This document shows positions 17,963 through 27,729 of a stretch of 64,000 nt of DNA, one piece after another. This stretch comes from Bryobacterales bacterium (GTDB lineage Bacteria; Acidobacteriota; Terriglobia; Bryobacterales; UBA6623). Each line of letters starts with the position of its first letter. Position 1 is the first letter of the stretch. The notes under the pieces were generated by a model, which was given only the letters and a program-made list of their open reading frames with translations, made no database searches and was not told where the DNA came from. The position numbers and the translations under genes were made by a program. The DNA is taken from assembly GCA_965242625.1 (NCBI GenBank), contig CBDEST010000005.1, positions 1,211,257 through 1,275,256 of the forward strand, read 5' to 3'.

Positions 17963-17998
17963 AGCGCGTCGCTATAATGAGCGCGACGGAGCGGTGTT

Positions 17999-18853
17999 GT
18001 GAACGTCCGGAAGACATTGCTCCGCAAGACCGGCAAGGCCATTGCGGATTTCGACATGATCCGCGACGGCGATCGCATCGCCATAGGCGTTTCCGGAGGC
18101 AAGGATTCGCTCGCGCTTGTTGACGCTTTGAAGTCGTTGGCCCAGCGCTCGCCAGTGAAGTTCTCGCTCGCCGCGTTCACGATCGAACAGGGCAAGTTCG
18201 TACGGCCAGTGGACCCGCTGGGGGAGCATCTGGCCGAACGGGGCATCCCGTGGACCTACTATCGCGACGAGCCGTCGTTCCAACTGCTTGAAAACGACCC
18301 CGGCCACGGCTGCGACACGTGCAGCCGATTTCGGCGGCGGGCGGTCTACGAAGTCGCCGCGCGCCTCGAATGCAACGTGGTCGCGCTCGGGCACACTGCG
18401 GACGACCTCTGCGAAGCGTTGCTGCGGAACGCGCTCTTCACCGGGCGCCTGAGTGCTCTGCCGCCAGTCACCACGTCCCGATCGGGCGACTTCCGCCTGA
18501 TTCGACCTCTCGTGTATGTGTCCGAGGATGTCACCGAGTCGTACGCGGCCGAGTGCGGGCTGCCGGTCACGCCGTGCGTCTGCTCGTTCAAGACCGGGAC
18601 CGCGCGATCCAAGATCCGAGGGTTCCTGGCGGAGCTCAAGGAAGACAATCCCCACGTTGGCGAAAACCTCCTAGCGTCGATGGGCCATCTAGATACCGCC
18701 CGCCTGCTGGACCGGCGCTTCTTGCCGGCCGACAGCACCCCGACGGACACGCACGATGGTAAAGCTACGATGAGTGCGGGGATTGCGCCGGATCCACCGA
18801 TTCGCGGGCCGGTCGGCACGGCAGGGTGCCAAGACCCGCTCCATCCGTTCTAG
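17999..18853 (+). CDS. ttcA: tRNA 2-thiocytidine biosynthesis protein TtcA
   Basis: PP-loop SGGKDS, CDTCSRFRR, LGHTADD and IRPL; TATAAT at 17973-17978. Confidence 0.85.
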   Translation: MNVRKTLLRKTGKAIADFDMIRDGDRIAIGVSGGKDSLALVDALKSLAQRSPVKFSLAAFTIEQGKFVRPVDPLGEHLAERGIPWTYYRDEPSFQLLENDPGHGCDTCSRFRRRAVYEVAARLECNVVALGHTADDLCEALLRNALFTGRLSALPPVTTSRSGDFRLIRPLVYVSEDVTESYAAECGLPVTPCVCSFKTGTARSKIRGFLAELKEDNPHVGENLLASMGHLDTARLLDRRFLPADSTPTDTHDGKATMSAGIAPDPPIRGPVGTAGCQDPLHPF

Positions 18854-18969
18854 CTAGCCAACGGTACCCCGGGAGTGAACCGAGATCAGCGGGTTGCCAC
18901 CGGAACCGTGGACAGCAAGGGCATGATGGCACGTTTCGCAAGGATCCGTTAGCCGGGTCCCTGCCAAGG

Positions 18970-20124
18970 ATGCGCACGAATCCGGCGAATTCCGCAATGT
19001 CCCGCCCCGGCACGACGCCACTGGCGTCGGCGGTGGCGCTGGCGGCCTTGCTGTTTGTCTTCTTGGTCGGCGTTCGCGGGTTGGGAGACGGTTTCAAGCT
19101 CCTCGGCGGCGACCTGCTGGAGGCGTTCTTCAGCGCCACTTCCAATCCTTTCATCGCGCTCATGGTGGGCGTGCTGGCGACAACACTGGTGCAGAGTTCG
19201 TCGGTGACCACCTCGATGGTGGTCGGACTGGTCGCCGCTCCCGAAAACCCACTCCCGCTGGCGAATGCCGTGCCGATGATCATGGGCGCCAACATCGGCA
19301 CGACGGTGACGAACACGCTCGTCTCGCTCGCGCATATCGGGCGGCCCGCCGAGTTCCGGCCGGCGTTCTCGGTGGCCACCTGCCACGATTTCTTCAATTA
19401 CCTTGCGGTTCTGATCCTGCTGCCGTTCGAGATGGCGACAGGCTTTCTGGCACGCACGGCGGCGGTTCTCGCGAACCGGTTGCCCGAACTGGGAGGCCCC
19501 TCGTTCAAAAACCCCCTGGCTCTCGGTATCAAGGCCGCGACGGAGCCGGTGCGGGCACTTGGAGGATCGCTCTTCAACGAATCGCACCTGCAAGGGACTG
19601 TGATCATCGTCGCGAGCGCGCTCCTGATCTTCGGGGCGCTCACGCTCATCGTTCGCGTGCTGCAGTCGGCCTTGCAGGCGCGGATGGAGCATTTCGTGCA
19701 ACGGGCACTCGGCAAGTCTGCGGTGGTGGCCATGCTAGTGGGTTGCTTGGCGACCGCGATGGTCCAGTCCAGCTCGATCACGACGTCACTGCTGGTGCCC
19801 CTAGCGGGCGTAGGTGTCATCACGTTGCGCCAAGCGTTCCCAGTGACTATCGGAGCCAATGTCGGCACGACGATTACAGCCCTGCTGGCTTCGCTGGCCG
19901 TATCGGGGCCGAATGCCCAAGCAGGGATCGAGATCGCGTTGACCCATCTGGCTTTCAACATCTCGGCAACCCTACTGATCTATCCCTGGCCCCGCGTACG
20001 GAATACGCTGCTTGCCGCTGTCGAGCGCTTCGCCGAGATCGCAACGGGCTCCAAGTCGCTCGCTATCGCTTACCTGCTCGTGCTGTTCTACGGCCTGCCC
20101 GCGCTAGCGGCGTTCCTGCACTGA
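18970..20124 (+). CDS. Na/Pi cotransporter (NptA/SLC34-like)
   Basis: Duplicated QSSS and GANI/VGTT motifs; start at 18970 or 18997. Confidence 0.9.
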   Translation: MRTNPANSAMSRPGTTPLASAVALAALLFVFLVGVRGLGDGFKLLGGDLLEAFFSATSNPFIALMVGVLATTLVQSSSVTTSMVVGLVAAPENPLPLANAVPMIMGANIGTTVTNTLVSLAHIGRPAEFRPAFSVATCHDFFNYLAVLILLPFEMATGFLARTAAVLANRLPELGGPSFKNPLALGIKAATEPVRALGGSLFNESHLQGTVIIVASALLIFGALTLIVRVLQSALQARMEHFVQRALGKSAVVAMLVGCLATAMVQSSSITTSLLVPLAGVGVITLRQAFPVTIGANVGTTITALLASLAVSGPNAQAGIEIALTHLAFNISATLLIYPWPRVRNTLLAAVERFAEIATGSKSLAIAYLLVLFYGLPALAAFLH

Positions 20125-20400
20125 CAGCGACCCGGCTCGGCCCGCGGTGGGCTCCGAATTCCACTGGAAGCGCGGCATGATCGAGCCGGTGACGACCTTC
20201 TCTGCATCCCGCGCCCGCTGACGCCGCCCGTCAGGGAGACCGCACGAGCCAAGACGGACGGATGCACCGCGGAAAACACGCGTCTGTGTTAGCCTGCTAG
20301 GGACTGGTGGGTAGGATCGGGATGGTCTGACAGGCCACTTCGTAGCGAGGGGCCGTTTACAAGCAATCGGCTGGGAGGCGCGCTTGGGAGCAGCGGGGGC

Positions 20401-22782
20401 ATGGCAGTGAAGAGCCTGTGGCTCGGACTGTGCGTCGTGGCGCTTAGCGCCGGACTGCCTGCGGCGCAAACCAGCGACGAACTCACCGCCTCGCTCAACT
20501 CCGAGATCCAACCCCTCCTCCAACTCTATTGCTCGCGCTGTCACGGAGCGGAGACCCGGACGGCCGGCATCGCATTCTCCGAATTTCGAACGCATCAGGC
20601 GGTCCTTCGCGCACGGCCGGTCTGGGTCCGCGCGTTGCGCGTCCTGCGCGAGAACGAGATGCCGCCGGCCGGGCCGCAGCCGGCAATCGAGGAGCGACTG
20701 CGTCTGATCCGCTGGATCGACGACGCCATCAACCACCTCGACTGGAGCGAGCACCGCGATCCCGGGGCGGTCACGATTCCGCGCCTGAACCGCCGCGAGT
20801 ACAACAACACGATTCGCGATCTCACCGGTCTCGACTTGCGGCCCGCTGACGCGTTTCCGCCCGACAGCCCGGGGGAAACCGGTTTCCGCAACGATCGCGA
20901 CGGGCTGTTCGTCGCCCCGTTGCTAGTCGAGAAGTATCTGTCGGCGGCGAAACAAGTGGCCGATGCCTTGGTCACGGCTCGGAACGCTAAGGAAAGACTC
21001 CATGTGCGCTTGGAGATCGAGGACTTTCTGCGCACGGAGACGAATCACGAATTCACGCCCTACGGGCTAGACCTGCGGAACTACCAGCAAACGGTTTATC
21101 GCTACGTCACGTTTCCCCGCTTCGGACGGTATCGGTTTCTGATCAGAGCGTGGGGTGCGTCCCCCGTGCCCGGCGAGACGCCCGGCGTCACGTTGCGCGT
21201 CGGCGACCGGATGGTGGGACAGTCGCATGTGACAGCCGAGCCAGCCGAGCCCGGCGAGTACGAATTCTACGCGAACGTCCCCATGGGGAGCCAGCGGGTG
21301 TCTCTGCACTGGTTCAAGTCGAAGACCGCGGAGACTAGCGACCACAACCGCCGGTTGGCGGCCGAGGCGGCGCGACGCCGGCAAGCTGCCCAGGCTGCCG
21401 GCGAAAAGCCGCCCCCAAAGGGTCCGGTGATTCTGTCGCTGGATCGCGTCGATATCCAAGAGGTTCTCGAACCCGGTCAGGACGGGTCGCTTGTCTGGGT
21501 GGCCGAACCCGGAGTTGGACTGTCGGAGATTGACGCGGCTCGCCGGGTGCTGCGGAATTTCGCCGAACGCGCCTACCGGGGATCAGTGGAGGCGTCCGAG
21601 GTCGAGCGGTTGGTGGACCTGTACCGGCGCGCCTCGCGACGCGGCGCGCCCTTTGCCAGCGCGGTGGCGATCGGACTTCAAGCGGTCTTGGCCTCGCCGC
21701 GATTCCTGTACCGACGGGAGCAACGGATCGCAGCTCGGGACGAGGACGCGCTGAACGACTTCGATCTTGCCTCGCGCCTCTCGTACTTCCTGTGGCTGTC
21801 GATGCCTGATCAGGAATTGATCGGCCTCGCCCGCGAGGGAAGGCTCGCCGACCCGGACACGCTGAAGCGACAAGCGGCGCGGATGATCGCCGACCCGAAA
21901 TCCAGGGCTTTCACCTCGGCCTTTGCTAGCGAGTGGCTTGGATTCGCGGATCTCGGCAGTTCCATCAAGCCCGATGACGTGGCGTTTCCAGAGTTCACGC
22001 CCGCCCTTGCAAAGGCGATGGTGGATGAGGCAACTAGTTCCGTCGACCGCATCGTCCGCGAGGACCGCAGCCTCTTGGAGATCCTAGACAGCGATTACAC
22101 GTACCTGAACGAGGAACTCGCGAGGCATTACGGCGTGGAGGGGGTTGTCGGCCGGGAGATGCGCTTGGTCGAACTGCATGACGGGCGCCGCGGCGGCGTG
22201 CTCGGGATGGGCGCGATTCTAACCGCGACTTCCCTGCCCACGCGTACCAGTCCAGTGGTGCGCGGGATGTGGGTGCTGGAGACCATGTTCGGAGAGGAGT
22301 TGCCGCCTCCGCCGCCCGACGCCGGAGAGCTGCCGGAGCCCAGCGAATCACCGCAGGATTTGACCCTCCGCCAGACCCTCGAGCGGCATCGAGAGGAGGC
22401 CCGCTGCGCGGTTTGCCACAACCGTATCGATCCGATCGGATTCGGCTTGGAGAACTTCGACGCGATCGGACGCTGGCGCGACACTGACAACGGCCAGCCG
22501 GTCGATGCAACCGGAAGGCTGCTGGGCGGAACGACCTTCGAGGGCCCCTTGGAACTCAAGCGCATCTTGCTAAGCCGCCGCAAGGAATTCGCCCGGATGG
22601 TAAGCGCTCAAATGCTCAGGTTTGCGCTGGGACGCGAGTTGGAGTATTATGACGAACCGACGGTTCAGTCGATCAGCGCGGCGGTGGTCCGGAGTGGCTT
22701 CTCCGCGCGAACGCTGGTCGAAGAAATCGTCAGCAGCTATCCGTTCCGGTACCGGCGCGACGCTGCTCAGGAGAGCGATTGA
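20401..22782 (+). CDS. Planctomycete-type cytochrome c protein with DUF1587/1595/1592/1588/1585 domains
   Basis: CSRCH...MPP, RLNRREYNNTIRDL, LASRLSYFLWLSMPD, TSPVVRG and CAVCH...IDPIGFGLENFD. Confidence 0.9.
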   Translation: MAVKSLWLGLCVVALSAGLPAAQTSDELTASLNSEIQPLLQLYCSRCHGAETRTAGIAFSEFRTHQAVLRARPVWVRALRVLRENEMPPAGPQPAIEERLRLIRWIDDAINHLDWSEHRDPGAVTIPRLNRREYNNTIRDLTGLDLRPADAFPPDSPGETGFRNDRDGLFVAPLLVEKYLSAAKQVADALVTARNAKERLHVRLEIEDFLRTETNHEFTPYGLDLRNYQQTVYRYVTFPRFGRYRFLIRAWGASPVPGETPGVTLRVGDRMVGQSHVTAEPAEPGEYEFYANVPMGSQRVSLHWFKSKTAETSDHNRRLAAEAARRRQAAQAAGEKPPPKGPVILSLDRVDIQEVLEPGQDGSLVWVAEPGVGLSEIDAARRVLRNFAERAYRGSVEASEVERLVDLYRRASRRGAPFASAVAIGLQAVLASPRFLYRREQRIAARDEDALNDFDLASRLSYFLWLSMPDQELIGLAREGRLADPDTLKRQAARMIADPKSRAFTSAFASEWLGFADLGSSIKPDDVAFPEFTPALAKAMVDEATSSVDRIVREDRSLLEILDSDYTYLNEELARHYGVEGVVGREMRLVELHDGRRGGVLGMGAILTATSLPTRTSPVVRGMWVLETMFGEELPPPPPDAGELPEPSESPQDLTLRQTLERHREEARCAVCHNRIDPIGFGLENFDAIGRWRDTDNGQPVDATGRLLGGTTFEGPLELKRILLSRRKEFARMVSAQMLRFALGRELEYYDEPTVQSISAAVVRSGFSARTLVEEIVSSYPFRYRRDAAQESD

Positions 22783-24116
22783 TGCTAGGAAGATCGATTC
22801 CCAGAAGAGCCGTCCTGCGCGGCGTGGGGGTTACCCTGGCCCTTCCATTCCTGGAAAGCGCGGAGCCGCTACTCGGCGCCGCACGACATCCAGGGCGGCG
22901 GGATCCTGTCCGGCTTGCGACATTGTTCCATCCGAACGGCGTGTATCCGCCCAACTGGGATCCGGAGGGAACGGGCAGAGACTTCAAGCTCTCGCGGATC
23001 TTGGAGCCGCTGGCACCCGTGCGCGACGAGGTCAGCGTGATCTCGAATCTCGGCACCGGCGCCAAAGGCCATGTGGGTGCTACCTCCGCCTTCCTGACCG
23101 GCACGCCGCTGCACAAGAAGGCCGCCGGCCGGATCAACACGCCCAGCATGGGCACGTCGCTGGATCAGTACGTGGCCGAGCGAGTCGGGCGCGACCACAG
23201 CATCGCCTCGCTCGAGGTCGGCACGGAGCCGCCGCGGTCGGGAGGCGAGAACGGTCTGGCAATCTCCTTCGCCAACACGGTCTCGTGGCGCTCGGACAGC
23301 ACGAAAGTCGATCCGGAGATCGAGCCGCAAGCGGTGTTCGACCGCCTCTTCGGGGTCAGCAAGAAGACCCGCCAGCGCCTCGATGACGAGGCCAGCATCA
23401 TTGACTTCGTGCTGGAGGATGCCAAGGCTCTGCGGGCGGACGGGAGCGCGACGGACCGCCGCAAGCTGGACGAGTTCCTCGGTTCGGTGCGCGATGTCGA
23501 AAAGCGGATCGATCGCAACCTGAGCCCGGCCAGCGCCGAGGAGGCGTGGAAGCCGCTCGTTGAACCCGATCTGTACCGACCGGAGGCTGGCATTCCGGCG
23601 ACTCGCGACGAGCATGTGCGGCAGATGTTGGATCTCATCGTGCTTGCGTTCCAGACCAATACGACGCGTGTCGCGACCTTCATGATGGCGCACGGCTTCA
23701 GCCGGCAGAACTTCACGTTCATCGAGGGAGTGAATGGAGACCACCATTCGATCTCCCATCACAAGGAAGACCCGAAGCTCACCGAGCCTTACACGCTGGT
23801 CAGTCGCTGGTACGTTTCGCAGCTCGTCTACCTTGTCGAGCGGTTGCAGTCCGTCCAAGAGAGAGACGGCAAGACCTTGCTGGACAACACGATGGTTCTG
23901 TACGGCTCCGCGCTCAAGAACGGCAACGGCCACACCACGCAGAACCTGCCCGTGCTGCTTGCGGGACGCGGAGGCGGCAGCCTGCATCCGGGCCGACGGG
24001 TCGTCCTCCCCGAGGAAACCCCCGTCACGAATCTCCACTTGACACTTGCTCAGAACATGGGCATCGAGACGGAGCGCTTCAACAACAGCACCGGTGCGAT
24101 CGGAGAACTGTTGTAA
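22782..24116 (+). CDS. DUF1552 (HXXSHH) protein with Tat-like leader
   Basis: RRAVLRGVGVTLALPFLE, HHSISHH and TLLDNT; TGATG coupling to the upstream gene. Confidence 0.9.
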   Translation: MLGRSIPRRAVLRGVGVTLALPFLESAEPLLGAARHPGRRDPVRLATLFHPNGVYPPNWDPEGTGRDFKLSRILEPLAPVRDEVSVISNLGTGAKGHVGATSAFLTGTPLHKKAAGRINTPSMGTSLDQYVAERVGRDHSIASLEVGTEPPRSGGENGLAISFANTVSWRSDSTKVDPEIEPQAVFDRLFGVSKKTRQRLDDEASIIDFVLEDAKALRADGSATDRRKLDEFLGSVRDVEKRIDRNLSPASAEEAWKPLVEPDLYRPEAGIPATRDEHVRQMLDLIVLAFQTNTTRVATFMMAHGFSRQNFTFIEGVNGDHHSISHHKEDPKLTEPYTLVSRWYVSQLVYLVERLQSVQERDGKTLLDNTMVLYGSALKNGNGHTTQNLPVLLAGRGGGSLHPGRRVVLPEETPVTNLHLTLAQNMGIETERFNNSTGAIGELL

Positions 24117-24290
24117 CCAAGCCGGCTTCCGGCCTCCGCTTGCAAGCTGTCCGTCCCGCGTTGGCGCAATCCAGTCGCCAGTTCTCGCTGGCGAGGGCCC
24201 TTGAGCGAGCCGCGCCTATTGGGGGTCATGCGGATCCACTTGAAGCGAATGGAGCATTCGCCGGGGTCCAAGAGGAGCTGGATCGCTAGC

Positions 24291-25874
24291 CTACCGCGGG
24301 GGTGCGCTCCGTTGGGCTTCGATTAGTGCATCGAGTCCCGCCTTCAGTTCCACGGCGGTTTCCGATTGTTCGAAATAGAGGTTTCGCGTCTCTCCGGGAT
24401 CTTCAGCCAAGTCAAACAACTGCGCTGGAGCGTCCGGTGCGCCGTCGTCCAAGGCGTAGCCGACGAGCTGCGGCCGACGATAGTCGTTGCCGCCCGAACC
24501 GGCGTGGTCCAAGTATTTCCAGTTACCGCGTCGCAAGGCGAGCGCAAGGCGGTTCGTCTGGTGCAAGTTAAACTCCCTGACGGGTTCCTCGCCCGGCTCC
24601 CCTTCGAACAGTGCCGAGAAGTCGAAGCTGTCTTCGGCGGCATCGTTCGGCAGTGCGTAGCCCGTCAGCCCTGCCAGCGTGGCCATGATATCGGTCAAGC
24701 AGAATGTCTGGTCCGTGATGCTGCCGGGCGGTACGCGTCCGGGCCAGCGAGCGATGGTCGGCACGCGATGACCGCCCTCCCACTGGTCACGCTTCACGCC
24801 TCGCCAAGGCCGGGCACCGTCGTGGCCGTGATCCGTCCTCATGTGGTAGGTCGTCGTAACTTCGGGACCGTTGTCGCTTGTGAAGATGACCAGAGTGTCG
24901 CGGGCGAGATCCAAGCGATCCAAGGTGTCCATCAACTGCCCCACGATATAGTCCATTTCGTATAGGAAATCGCCGTGCGGACCGGCGCCGCTCCGTCCTT
25001 CAAACTCCGGAGCGGCAAGTGAGGGCAGATGAACCGCCTGCATCGAATGGAACAGGAAGAACGGCTTGTCCGGATTCTCTGCAGCATGCTCCTCGAGAAA
25101 CTCCACGCTCTTCTTCAAGAACACCATGTCGACTTGCTCGAGATCGTAGTCTGGAGCGATTAGACCGCGCCGATTGTCCTTGGAGTAGGGGTGTTTCGGC
25201 AGAGGCGCCTTATCCAACAACCCCTCGGGCGGAACGGGCACGCGGTCGCCGTCTATCCATGCGTACAGCCAATCCGTGGTAGGACAGGCGACCGTTCCGA
25301 AGAAGGTGTCGAATCCGCGATCGAGGGGACCGTCCGGTATCGACTTGCTGAAGTCGACGCGTCTGACCCGTTCGACTTCTCTCTCGGAATGTGTCTCGGC
25401 ATCGATCTCGAGGTCGTGGACAGGCCGGCCTGCGGCATCGAAGAAGGTCATCCCTAGATGCCACTTGCCGATCAGCGCCGTGCGGTAGCCCCGTTCCCGC
25501 AGCATCTGCGGGAGGGTCAAGCGACCCGCTTCGATAAGGGTCGGGCCTTGGACGCCTACGAAGACCCCCGACATGCCGGTACGGAAGGGCATCCGGCCGG
25601 TCAGAATCCCGTACCGGGTGGGAGTGCATACGGTCGACGGGCTGTGTGCGTCCGTAAAGCGCAAGCCCTGCGCTGCCAATGCGTCTAGGTTCGCTGTCCG
25701 AACCTTCGCTTCGTCGTTATAGGCGCTGACGTCTCCGTAACCCAAGTCGTCCGCGAGGATCAGCAGCACGTTCGGAAGGCTCTGGGGTTCCGGTGTGCCG
25801 CAGCCGAGGCCGACCGACAGCAATGCCGCCAGACACGCCGCAGAGAACGCGGCCCGGAACTTGGAACCGAGCAT
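24291..25874 (-). CDS. Arylsulfatase-like lipoprotein
   Basis: Lipobox LGC, ADDLGYGD, CTPTRY, GKWHLG, FTSDNG and WEGGHRVP. Confidence 0.92.
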   Translation of the reverse strand: MLGSKFRAAFSAACLAALLSVGLGCGTPEPQSLPNVLLILADDLGYGDVSAYNDEAKVRTANLDALAAQGLRFTDAHSPSTVCTPTRYGILTGRMPFRTGMSGVFVGVQGPTLIEAGRLTLPQMLRERGYRTALIGKWHLGMTFFDAAGRPVHDLEIDAETHSEREVERVRRVDFSKSIPDGPLDRGFDTFFGTVACPTTDWLYAWIDGDRVPVPPEGLLDKAPLPKHPYSKDNRRGLIAPDYDLEQVDMVFLKKSVEFLEEHAAENPDKPFFLFHSMQAVHLPSLAAPEFEGRSGAGPHGDFLYEMDYIVGQLMDTLDRLDLARDTLVIFTSDNGPEVTTTYHMRTDHGHDGARPWRGVKRDQWEGGHRVPTIARWPGRVPPGSITDQTFCLTDIMATLAGLTGYALPNDAAEDSFDFSALFEGEPGEEPVREFNLHQTNRLALALRRGNWKYLDHAGSGGNDYRRPQLVGYALDDGAPDAPAQLFDLAEDPGETRNLYFEQSETAVELKAGLDALIEAQRSAPPR

Positions 25875-25876
25875 GT

Positions 25877-27232
25877 TCAGGCGACTTTAGGAGCCATTTC
25901 GGTGACTTCTTCCAAGTCCGGGTCGAAGTAGAGGACCTTGCCTCGGCGCAACGACATCACTCCCATCGAAATGGTCACTTGGGCGCGATACGCTGTGTCG
26001 GCATCGAGATTCGGCTTGGCACGGGTCTTCATGCACTCCAAGAAGTTCTTCATGTGCGCGTCTCGGCCCCGGTTCTCGACCTTGATCTGGACGGTTTCCG
26101 TGCCGTACTTCCGAACGAAGGCATCGCGGAAGATGGGTTCCGACTCGACAGTGATGTAGTCGGTCCGACCCTCGAAGCGGCCGTGCTCGACCATGACGAT
26201 TGACCCCTCGTGACCTCGAATCAGGCCCGGTATGTGGCGCGAGTTGGCCATCGAGGAACTCAGCACTAGGGAATGGCCGCTCGCGAAGTCGGCCAGCAGG
26301 TTGAACGTGTCGGGAACCTCGCGATCACCTGGAGCGTTGAACACGTACTTCCCGCCCGACGCTGTGACGCGGTACGGGAATTGCGGAGTGCCCCAGCAGA
26401 TGTTCAGCGGGGCCACTACGTGATAGAACAAGTCGGTCGCGATGCCGCCCGAGTAGTCCCAGAACTTGCGGAACCGGAAGAAGCGGTGCGGGTCCCACTC
26501 GCGCTTCGGCGCGGGTCCCAGCCACATGTCCCAATCCACGTAGTTGACACCATCCCCGTGCGGCCCGGCGTCGGGCTCGATCACCCAACCGCGGCCGCGT
26601 TCCGGAGTCCAATTCCACTCGCCGCGCAACGAGTTGCGGTGGTAGGAACCCTGGCTGGAGATCAGCTTCCCGATCATGCCGTCGGCGAGAGCCTTGCGGG
26701 CCTTCCACCACTGATCCGCCGAGGTCGTCTGGGAGCCGACCTGCAAGACCGCGCCAGTCTCGCGAACCTTGGCGGCAACCGCCTTGGCTTCCTCGATGGT
26801 GTGGGTCATCGGCTTCTCGAGGTAAACGTCCTTGCCCGCCTCCATCGCCGCGATCGCCATCGTCCCGTGCCAGTGGTCGGGTGTGGCGATGACCACGGCA
26901 TCCACGTCGGGGCGGGCCAGCACCTCGCGGTAGTCCAGGGTCGAGAATTCCGCCTTAGAGTTCTCCTGGGCGAGCTGTCGACGCTTTTCGTAGACGTCGC
27001 ACACTGCGGTGATCTGGAAGTTCTGTCCGCCCTCGATCATCGACAGCATCAGCCTTTGCAAGCTGCCGCCCCGGCCGCCAACACCGATCTGGGCGACGTT
27101 GATGCGGTCATTGGCACCCAGTACCCGACGACTGGACGCCGCGGTCTGACTAGCCGCCGGAGCGGCCGCCGCGAGGGCTCCAGCTGCGCCCTGCAGAAAG
27201 TTCCTACGGTTTACGGGCTTGATGGCAGGCAT
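25877..27232 (-). CDS. Tat-exported Gfo/Idh/MocA oxidoreductase
   Basis: NRRNFL leader from ATG 27232, [19 protein letters not shown] and QVGSQ; TACAAT -10 box upstream. Confidence 0.9.
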   Translation of the reverse strand: MPAIKPVNRRNFLQGAAGALAAAAPAASQTAASSRRVLGANDRINVAQIGVGGRGGSLQRLMLSMIEGGQNFQITAVCDVYEKRRQLAQENSKAEFSTLDYREVLARPDVDAVVIATPDHWHGTMAIAAMEAGKDVYLEKPMTHTIEEAKAVAAKVRETGAVLQVGSQTTSADQWWKARKALADGMIGKLISSQGSYHRNSLRGEWNWTPERGRGWVIEPDAGPHGDGVNYVDWDMWLGPAPKREWDPHRFFRFRKFWDYSGGIATDLFYHVVAPLNICWGTPQFPYRVTASGGKYVFNAPGDREVPDTFNLLADFASGHSLVLSSSMANSRHIPGLIRGHEGSIVMVEHGRFEGRTDYITVESEPIFRDAFVRKYGTETVQIKVENRGRDAHMKNFLECMKTRAKPNLDADTAYRAQVTISMGVMSLRRGKVLYFDPDLEEVTEMAPKVA

Positions 27233-27729
27233 CGAACTCACTCGCAAGGATTGTACCAAAGCAACCGCGGTTCCCACGTGCCGGTCAATCGGCGTGGGTA
27301 GCCATGGCGTCGAACGTCTCGATCCGTTTCCGCCGCGAGGCCCAACCCGAGACGGTTCCGCACGCCCTGGCAAATGCCCACTGGCGTCGGGCATTGGCAA
27401 TGCCGCGAGCGAACAGCGGGCACCAGTTGGTAGCGAAGCCGAGCATCTTGAGATCCTCCAAGCTGCCCAGCTTGCAACCGACGCCGAAGCCTGCGCCGTC
27501 GAGGGATGCATTCTGGCGGGCACGACGCACTGCTTGGAACAGCAGCAAGGGCGTCTCGGTATGATGTTGCGCAGTGGTGGTTGGAGTCTGGGTAGGTCAC
27601 CGCGTGGAGTCCCGATTCTCCGGGGCTGCATTCATTTGTGCGTCCCCGTGTCAGCTGAGTAATTCCAAGACGCGTTTATGAGCGTCGCCGAGTTCGATTC
27701 CGTGGCATTGATCAAGAAAGTAGCAAGCC

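Noticed and set aside
27233-27631. N-terminal extension of the Gfo ORF and small ORFs in this gap
   Set aside because: The Tat leader and a TACAAT box place the start at 27232; the other ORFs lack coding-like features.
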